Shown one piece after another: positions 27,121 through 35,800 of a DNA stretch of 36,662 nucleotides. The notes under the pieces were generated by a model. That model was not told where the DNA came from. It worked only from the letters and a program-made list of their open reading frames with translations, and did not search any database. Positions within the stretch are counted from its first letter, which is position 1. Each line of letters opens with the position of its first letter. Both the position numbers and the translations under genes were made by a program. This stretch comes from Fidelibacterota bacterium (lineage in GTDB: Bacteria > Fidelibacterota > Marinisomatia > Marinisomatales > Marinisomataceae). The stretch is taken from positions 1 through 36,662 of the forward strand of contig JAYZKH010000020.1 of NCBI GenBank assembly GCA_036163585.1, read 5' to 3'.

Positions 27121-27844
27121 TTCTTCTAAGAATCTTAACCATTTCTTGATAAAATGCTTCTTCTCTTTTATAAGGAGGTGATAATTCAATTCCTTGTTCA
27201 AATATTATTAATGCATCATCAAATCTTTCTAATTTTTGGTAGGTTTTACCAAGCCAATAATATGTCCCTATATATTCAGGTTCTAAATTGATACTCTTTT
27301 CAAAATATTCGAGAGCAATTTCAAAAGAACCTTGGGGAGGCTCTTCAAAAATAATTTTTGCCAAGCCTCTAGATACCTTACCTAAATCTGCTAAGCGGTA
27401 ATGCCATTGCCCCATTACATTGTAACAATATGGATCAGTAGGAAGTTTTTTAATTGCTTCAATGGAGTGGAGTTCAATAATCTTAGAACCTTCAATCTGA
27501 GATCTTATAGGAAGGTTCTCAAGCTTTTTTCCATATGCTAAAGCATACCATTTGTGTACTTGTCCATTGGTTGAATCGATCTTTATAGCTTCAGTAATAT
27601 AATCCATTGCCTTATCTAAATGGTATGAATCCATTTTTTTATCATATGTTTTTTCTGATAATAAATGATGTGCTGCAGACAATCTAACAAGTATATCTAA
27701 ATTTTGAGGATATTCAATATTAAGTTTGTTTAAAGGAATGATGACATCTTCAAAATTTCTATTTTCTAAATTTGAATCAATTTCTTCAAAGTCTTGAGAG
27801 AATAAAAACCCAACTAAAATAATAGAAAGGAATAAATATTTCAC
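27101..27844 (-). CDS. Secreted TPR-like protein resembling the eukaryotic RMDN/FAM82 (regulator of microtubule dynamics) TPR domain
   Basis: 247 aa with a GTG start 3 nt after the upstream stop. Signal peptide MKYLFLSIILVGFLFS|QDFEE. The core HKWYALAYGK...MGQWHYRLAD...RGLAKIIFEEPPQGSFEIALEYFEKS...LGKTYQKL lines up, from memory, with human RMDN1 HKWYAICL...MGIWCYTFAE...RRIAKMLFATPPSSTYEKALGYFHRA...LGKTYLKL. Confidence 0.6.
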   Translation of the reverse strand: MKYLFLSIILVGFLFSQDFEEIDSNLENRNFEDVIIPLNKLNIEYPQNLDILVRLSAAHHLLSEKTYDKKMDSYHLDKAMDYITEAIKIDSTNGQVHKWYALAYGKKLENLPIRSQIEGSKIIELHSIEAIKKLPTDPYCYNVMGQWHYRLADLGKVSRGLAKIIFEEPPQGSFEIALEYFEKSINLEPEYIGTYYWLGKTYQKLERFDDALIIFEQGIELSPPYKREEAFYQEMVKILRRNGRNKS

Positions 27845-27847
27845 TTT

Positions 27848-28894
27848 TTATGGATAGAATCTATAATAGGATGGTTGATGATCTGAAAGTTTATCATCAA
27901 TATCATAGTTTGACATTCCAGTTTCATTAAGCATATTAATTATTCCTCCTTCAGATACAGATTCAAACTGGAAAAGTGGTTGATTAATAATAATGTGATC
28001 AAGATGAGATGCACCAAACGAACTTCTCCATCCTTGCCAAGACCATGTAGAACTACTTTGAGCAAAAACATATTCATCAACCATCTTAAAATAATTACTA
28101 TTTTGATCTGGATCAGTTAAAGGAGCAATTGAAGGGTTTAATATAGATTGTTCACCAACATTATTAAAGTCTCCAGCAAGCACTACATAATCTCCTTGTC
28201 TATTATTCATTATATAATCTCGAAGAAGAGTGCTGGCATAATGCCTTCTTGTTGACTCTGCACCTTTATCTGATATATCTAAATCGCCATCACCACAACA
28301 TTTATAATGAATATTAGTAACATATAAATCAACAGATTTAGTTCCATTAGTCCAGGTTAAATAATTCTCCATGGGTGGTCTGCTTGCAAATTGATATAAT
28401 GCATTATTTGTATAATCATCATCATTATCGTTAGAATTAGGTGTATCGGCCCAAAGTTCATTATGACCATTGTATGTGACAGTACCACAAGTAGCACAAT
28501 CAGAATTTGCTGTCTTATATACTAAAGCAAAATCCCAATTGCTTGTCTCACTAGATAGCATGTAAGAATATTCAGGCATTGCATTTACCATACTTATAAG
28601 AGTATTGTTATCTCCCATTTCTTGAAATACATATATATCAGCATTCCATGTTTCAAGCAAGCTTTTAACATAATCTGAAGTAGTAGTTAGTTGAGGAAAA
28701 GTTTGAATATTCCAAGAAATAATCTCTATTTGATTTTCTCGATCAAAGTTAGTTGCATTAGGAAATACATATGGATCTCCTCCACCTCCACTATCATCAG
28801 AACCATCATCAGGGCTTGCAGGTGAACTACCTCCACCTGAACAAGAAAGCAAGAAAATTATACTAAAAAGAATTTTATTAATGTTTTTCAGCAT
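27848..28894 (-). CDS. Endonuclease/exonuclease/phosphatase (EEP, DNase I-like fold) family lipoprotein
   Basis: 348 aa. Lipobox IIFLLSC|SGGG followed by a G/S/D/P-rich linker. EEP motifs IISWNIQTF, YVFQEM, VLAGDFN and C-terminal SDHQP. Confidence 0.65.
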   Translation of the reverse strand: MLKNINKILFSIIFLLSCSGGGSSPASPDDGSDDSGGGGDPYVFPNATNFDRENQIEIISWNIQTFPQLTTTSDYVKSLLETWNADIYVFQEMGDNNTLISMVNAMPEYSYMLSSETSNWDFALVYKTANSDCATCGTVTYNGHNELWADTPNSNDNDDDYTNNALYQFASRPPMENYLTWTNGTKSVDLYVTNIHYKCCGDGDLDISDKGAESTRRHYASTLLRDYIMNNRQGDYVVLAGDFNNVGEQSILNPSIAPLTDPDQNSNYFKMVDEYVFAQSSSTWSWQGWRSSFGASHLDHIIINQPLFQFESVSEGGIINMLNETGMSNYDIDDKLSDHQPSYYRFYP

Positions 28895-29813
28895 AGATAT
28901 AATTTACTAACAAAGTTCCTACCTGCTCTAAACTTTTTGGTGAACAATTTTCAGGAGTATCTTGCTGAGTATGCCAATGATTATAGAATAAATTAGGGTA
29001 TTTAAAATCAATAATATCAATGGTAGGAATTTGAGCATGTTCCCATAATGGAACATGATCATCATAAATTTCTTCACCAACTTTTTTCTCAAAGGCATTA
29101 AGAGAAAGTTTTTTTGCCAAATCCCAAATTTTTATTACTTCTTCTTTAGCAATATTATAAGAATATCGTTCGATTGGAATATTTAACTGCTTATCAGCAA
29201 CCATATCAATGATAATACCAAAATTTGGTTTTTCAATAGGAAGATTTTTAGCAAAAAATTCTGATCCTAATGCATAAGTATTAGGATGATAAGAAATCCC
29301 ACCATCTTCTGCATCAAAGAAAACCATGTCAATACCAATTGGTGGTACATTTGTAGAAAATATATCACACAAAGTCATCAATACTGCAGTTCCACTCCCA
29401 CCATCATTCGCTCCCAATACTGGCAATTTTCTGTTTTGAAGATTTTTATCTTGATCGGATATAGATCGAGTATCCCAATGTGCTCCAAGCAATAATCTAT
29501 ACTTAGCATCCTTATTAAATTGAATAACAAAATTTTTGCCTTGTTTTATAGTATCAGTAACAGGTTCAGTATATTCAAATTCTTGAATTATAATATCTTG
29601 ATCATAATTTTTGAGAAAACTTTCTAAATAAACTGAAAATTCTTGATGCCCGGATGAACCAGGATTTCTTGGACCAAATTCACATTGTTTTTCTATATAT
29701 TGAAATGCAGTAATACCATTAAAATCAGGAACTGAAACGGGCTCCTCTTTACTACAAGAAAATAGTAAAAACAGTATTATTAAAAATTTAATTTTATCCC
29801 CTAATTGCAACAT
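28878..29813 (-). CDS. Glutaminyl-peptide cyclotransferase-like M28-fold lipoprotein (animal-type QC as in Bacteroidota)
   Basis: 311 aa. Lipobox LFLLFSC|SKEE. Contains QCEFGPRNPGSSGH, LLLGAHWDTRS, VLGANDGGSGTAVLMTL, VFFDAEDGG, DDHVPL and NHWHTQQDT. ATG 29813 lies 20 nt inside the 3' end of sprA. An M28 aminopeptidase cannot be excluded by eye. Confidence 0.65.
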   Translation of the reverse strand: MLQLGDKIKFLIILFLLFSCSKEEPVSVPDFNGITAFQYIEKQCEFGPRNPGSSGHQEFSVYLESFLKNYDQDIIIQEFEYTEPVTDTIKQGKNFVIQFNKDAKYRLLLGAHWDTRSISDQDKNLQNRKLPVLGANDGGSGTAVLMTLCDIFSTNVPPIGIDMVFFDAEDGGISYHPNTYALGSEFFAKNLPIEKPNFGIIIDMVADKQLNIPIERYSYNIAKEEVIKIWDLAKKLSLNAFEKKVGEEIYDDHVPLWEHAQIPTIDIIDFKYPNLFYNHWHTQQDTPENCSPKSLEQVGTLLVNYIYAEKH

Positions 29814-32800
29814 TAATATTCACTCCAAAATCTCTATCTATCCTTCTTCCTGTCAACCTTGTATCATTTTCTCTATATTCATAGAATAAACTTCCAGATA
29901 TATTATCGGTTAAGGCATAAGTTACTCTTAAAATTGTTTTCCATGAATTAACAAAATTTTGTTCTGCAAAATTTATTTTATCTTTTGAACCTTCTTCTTT
30001 TTTCTTACTTAGATCAAAATTTAATGTAAGATTAATATTATTTTTTAAATCAACATTTCTTTCTGTGAATGGCAATGGAATGCGAATTCCTTTTGAAAAA
30101 TTATAAGTTATACTTGCAAGAAGACTATTTTCTGATATATAGGTTAACCCATTTGCAACTTCATCAAGTGTATGTGTTATATTAGTTCTCACATTCGTTG
30201 AAATTCCATTTTTAAAGGAAGCTGTAATTCCAATTAGAGGAGAAAAACTTCTTGTTATGCGAGAAAATTGAATTTCATCATTATTGCCATCAATAAAAGA
30301 TGATATTTTAAATAAATTAATATCACTAATACCACTTTCGTTAAATCTCCAAGAAGCAGTTTGTTTACCATTGAATGCATGTTCCATTGAAAGAGATTTG
30401 ACATAAGGACTAATAAATTTTATTTTTTCAAGTCCACCAATACGAAATGCCCAATTAGAAAATGGTAAACCATTAGATAAATGATCTCCATAAGAAAAGT
30501 AATCTCTATTTATTGATCTGATATCAATACCATAACCATTTAAATTTGAAGATATACTTTCAGAAAATGAAAGGCTCATTGATGTAGTTGAATTAAATTT
30601 TATTCCACTTCTAATAGATAATGATTTTTTAATATCATCAACACCTGTATTCAAACCAACTTCAGGGGCATATTCTAAACCATGTGAATCAGAAAATCCA
30701 AGTCTATAATCTAACGGAATACTTCCTTGTACTCCATTTGAACTTAAATTTGTTGTATTATTTATAGTAAATGATAGCGGTTCTATCTTTTTCGACCAAC
30801 CATATATTTTTTCCATTCTAAGACTATCATTAATTTTATTACGACTTTTTCTTTTTGAATTTTTCTCTTCAGAAGCATCAGATTCTTCTGCTAAATCATC
30901 ATCACCCATATCAACAGACATAGATCCAATGTCTTCTCTAGATCTGGTTCTTTTTTCAGAAGAAGCTGTACTTCTTTTCGAAGCTGGTGTATAAAATATT
31001 TCAATTATTTCTGTCGGCGAAAGACTGACATTAAATCCGCTATTTCTTACTGAAACAAGATTTGCACCATTAAAAACACTAGACTTAGGTTTATTCCATG
31101 AGTAATTCGCATTGTATTGGAAATTTGGTGAAAACCAAGAAATCCATTTAGGTGAAAAATTAGAGGCAAATGATTCTGTATTATTTGTTCTATCTCCTGT
31201 TTCAAAATCGGTTAATGCTTTAAGAACTTCATCTCTATATTCTGCCATATCACTTTGTATATTTTTAGTATAATTAAATTGAAGATTATCAAAGACCTTA
31301 TAACTAACACTAAAACTTCTGATTAAACCTAGATTAAAATCATCAGTCATTTCATCTACTGATCTAGACTGTTTCTCAACTAAACTTTGGTTTAGTTTAA
31401 TACTGCTATTAAAAGAAGTAGGAGTATAGAAAAACTTTGTTTTACTCATATTATCTCCAACAACAGGTATTTTTTTGAGCCATTCAAATGCTTGAATATA
31501 ATTATCGCTTGGAAACCTGAGATTATAATCTACACTGGTAGTAAATCGATCTGTATCAACACTTTTCATTATCTCATCAGATCGATTTTGTGTAGATGCC
31601 TTGAATGTTGTACTCAAATTATCAATAGTGTAACGAACGAAAGGATTCTCTGATTTAATTCTCTTAGAAATTTTACCATTCATACTTATTGTAGAAGATT
31701 TTGTAATTACTGAATCAGGTGCACTTGCACTTGTTCTAATATCAGTTCCAGGCAAAAATTTTGGAGTATTATTTTGCATATTGTATGTGACATTTAATGG
31801 AAATGCAATTCCTAGATTTTGTGGTAAAAATTTTCCTAATTCTATTTGATTAGTAAAAATAAATGTTTCTGTACTAGTATTAGTTCCAAGTCGTTCTTGT
31901 AAAACATGGAAATCAGCATCTTTTCTTATATATGATATGCTACTACGATTTAGATCAGATAAATTAAATTCTGATTTTAATCTAACAGCTGTACCTCTTT
32001 CTTTTTTAACTCCACTAAGTCGTAATTCATCAAGCCACAATTCTCCACTAATAGGATGCTGCGAACTATTTTCAACACCAACAATAAAATATTGTAGTCT
32101 AGACAATGAAGGATTTCCTATAATTTCCACTTTTTTATATTCTTCATTATTGTCATCTATGAAGGAATAACGTTTATAACCCGTTGAATCAACAAAAGTA
32201 TCATTAGGGTTAATTTTTTCAAGAGAATTTTCATCAATATTTTTTAGTTTTGTAAGCCAATCTAAATCTAAGTCAATTGAGTTACGATTTTGGTCCTCAT
32301 CCCAGCCATCATAAACGGGCTGACTTAACCTATAGTATTCTTGTCCATTACCAAATTCTATAAACAATTCAACATCTGTTTGATTTTCTTCTATATCCAC
32401 ACTGTTACCATATACATACATTTTCATTTGATCATAGATTAAAAAACTCTGTGCTTTATCACTCCCTGTAAAAGAAAGTATTTTTTTTGCAGCACCTTTA
32501 GTATCAGGATTAAGATTATCAAATTTTAAAACAAGAGATTGTTCTTTGGATCTAATTTGATTTATCTCATCATATTCACCATATACTCCTTTGGGTGGTA
32601 TATAATCCGGATTATCTTCATCATTAACAACTGTCACTAAGAAAGTGCTATCTTGAACTGTATATTCATTATTAGATACAATAGATGTACCCATTGATTC
32701 CCAAGTATTCCCTACTAATTCTATTCTTGCTATTTCTAAAGTCGAAGCTTGGTTAATTCCAGAAACTATTAGTCTTAGATATCTTATCTCACTTAAAGTG

Positions 32801-35800
32801 ATATCTTGTACTTGAGTAAAATGACTAATTGGTATCCTGACGAGTTTCCAACCTGTTTTAACCCCATCAACTTCTGTTGATCCTGCAATATATGTTGTAT
32901 CACTCAGCGAAATTGTTTTAGTAAAATAATCATTTGTTCTATCTAAAAACCCTGATTGATCCAAATCTTCAGAGTCAGGATATTTACCTCCCGGTTGAAT
33001 TCGATCACCTGTACCATTACCTTCGGTACCATTAACAAACTCATAATCTGAACTTCCTTCTATATAATCCCAATTATCAGCATTTGGATCATTAGGATCA
33101 ACATCAGGAGAAGCATTAATAATTACTGATTCTCCAGATGATAAATAATCTTGATAATTTAAACCTGTGCTCTCTAAACAAGAACCCCAACCATCTTCAA
33201 ACAAATCAAAACATCCATCCAAACCAGTATCTTCTTCATCTTCTAAAAAACCATTACCAAGTGCTAAACCAGCATCAGGTACATCTTCGTTATTAAGAAT
33301 TCCATTTCCATCATGGTCTTCACTAATTTTTCCTAAATCAACTGTTAAATTTCCAGAATCTCCACGTAACCAAATCTCAACAAATTTGGTTCTAGTCTGA
33401 TCATAGTCTCCAACAAACATTGGTGCAGTAATTCCAGCCCATAATGAATCAGGATTAGATGTTTGTTGATATTCATATGGTTCAAAATTAAGTACTAATA
33501 CATCAGTTGTTAAATTTTGTGCTCTTTGAGATGTTGAGACATTCGGCCAAATATTATTAGTCAATATCTGAGAAAAAGGATTATACCAATACATCTTTAA
33601 TCTATTACGTTGATCAAATTCTTGATTATTATTTTCAATATCTAAAGGAGCAGAAGATTTATGCCAAAATCTTCTTAAGATTGATGGATTTGTAATACGT
33701 TTTGATCCTTCAAAATCATCAATATATGCAACTCCATTTTTATCTCCAGTAGAAGCATTAGAAATTGAATTAGGATTTGGTAGTACTTGTGCTATTTCAC
33801 CTTCTAGCTTAAATCTTGATAATTTTTCAGCACTAAACATATTAGACTTGTTTAATGATGCAGATAAATTTTCTAAATCACGTTCATATCTTCCATTAAT
33901 ATCCCATATAAAATTTTGAATTGGCTCAAATCCCACTTCTACCTTTCTATTTACAATATCTTGATTGTAATATAGTGCTGTCATACCCAAAAATGAGTTT
34001 TCATCAAAATCAATCTGTGCTCTAGAACCAACCATAATTTTTCTATCAAAAGTAACTAAATCATGTTTATCATAAACAATTTCCAAATCTCCATTAGGAT
34101 CAATGTTTGTATTAAGAACAATCATACCTGAGAAGTAATCAATTTGATAATCAGAACCTCTTTCCAATTTTTCACCATTGAAATAAATCTCTTCACTACC
34201 TTCAACTAAAGTAAATCCTAAGTTAATCGCAGAGCTTGGGCTAGTATAATTTGCTTCAATTGTAAAACGTGAATCTCCAGTATATTCTGTACGATTTGTA
34301 GTGGTATACATTTTACCAGATTGCAATAATGAATTAAGATTTGTATTTGTATTTCCTCCATCAATATTATTATCTGATACAAAAGGCAATAAAGAAGGAA
34401 GGTGAATTTCTCCTGATTTAATATTTACAATATTTGGGTTATTTAAATCAATAATTTCGTCAGGAGTTGATGCCCCTGCTTGATTTCGATTGTCTAAACC
34501 AAATAAATTCAAAAAAGTATCTCCGTTATCAGATCTATCACTTACTGGAGTAGAAAAATTGTCTACTATTCTTACATCAAGACTGCTCTGATCTATATTG
34601 ACAGCACCTAGATAGTAAACATTTTTAAACATTAAATCCCAAGTTGGATGATTTGGATGAGAAGATTGTGGCTTAATCATTTTAAGTATTAAGATATCAT
34701 TTTCATCTTCTCCAATGTCTAAACCAACGGTGAGAACTATATCTCCAGTTACTCTATCCGCTAAATCAAAATGTGCACCAATAATTTCATTTTGCAGACT
34801 ATTTTGCATTCTTATGAAACCTAAATCTTCGTTAATTTGATAATCTGATCCTCTCTGTAGTCGAATAAAAGCACCTTCTTTACTACTATCACTATAATAT
34901 TCCATATCATTTGGATCAATATATGCTATACCGGGGTCTGCAGCAGGATTATTAGATGCATCAATTTTATATAATTCAAAATTTCTTACAACAAGATTAC
35001 CGATGTTATGTAATCCATTGGTTAGTGGATAATATGCAGGTACATTCAATTGGAAACCGTTATCTACAATTACATCAGTAGAACCATTACGAAACCATTC
35101 GTGAATAAAGAAATATAAATTTTTCTTATATTCATAATCTTGAATACGTTTTGTTTCTAGCTGTGCAGTACCTTTGTATTTTTGAGAGGCCTTTTTTGTG
35201 CGCTCAATCGATGCAATGCTAGTCACATTAACAGGTCCAAGCTGTGTAATAGCTTTTACTCCAAACAATCCCTTATTTTGACCTGAAAATGTCACAAATT
35301 CAGTTGCAGGCAATGCAAGAGAAATATTCCCTGCTTCTAATTTTTGAAGTATATCATCTTCTTTTCCTTGATAATCGATACGAACCGTATTTTCCCAATC
35401 AAAATCACGTTCAGAGTTTTGATCTAAAGAAATTGTTACTTGATCACCAATTTTTCCCTGAACATTTAGTTGCTGTTTCTGGTCAAATTTAAAATTTGTT
35501 TGCTCTCGTTCTTTATATGATGATCTAACTAATTCCTGATCTTGATTTACTAGTTTCCCTTGAAGACTGATATTTCCTTGGACTCTTAAAGAAGCTCTAC
35601 CAAGTCTACCAATATCAAAATCTGCTATTTCAACATACTTTCCTTTTCCAGGAGTGTATTGTGTCGTATCTGATGAGGAATAATTAAATGGTTTACTAAA
35701 ATTATATCTTTGATTGATTATATAAAGTTTATTGAAATAATCATCTAGAGATGAGGTGTAAGGCAACACATTCCTATTGCTTAATACAGACTCACTAATA

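Noticed and set aside
27121-27201. 27-codon upstream extension of queG in the ORF track
   Set aside because: It would overlap the TPR gene by 101 nt. ATG 27120 gives the usual QueG N-terminus (LGFDKIGFA about 15 aa in).
33167-33400. 77-aa Pro/Ser/Lys-rich antisense ORF within sprA
   Set aside because: It is the mirror image of the Asp/Glu/Gly-rich coding segment of SprA (GAT/GAA/GGT codons read backwards give Ser/Pro/Ile/Phe-rich peptides). This is a compositional artefact.
10863-35492. Remaining short track ORFs (10863-11075, 12095-12292, 15425-15628, 22648-22842, 23110-23352, 23499-23681, 24241-24438, 25178-25381, 29286-29495, 31937-32170, 35289-35492)
   Set aside because: Same reasoning: each is nested in or antisense to a well-supported CDS and has a low-complexity translation.
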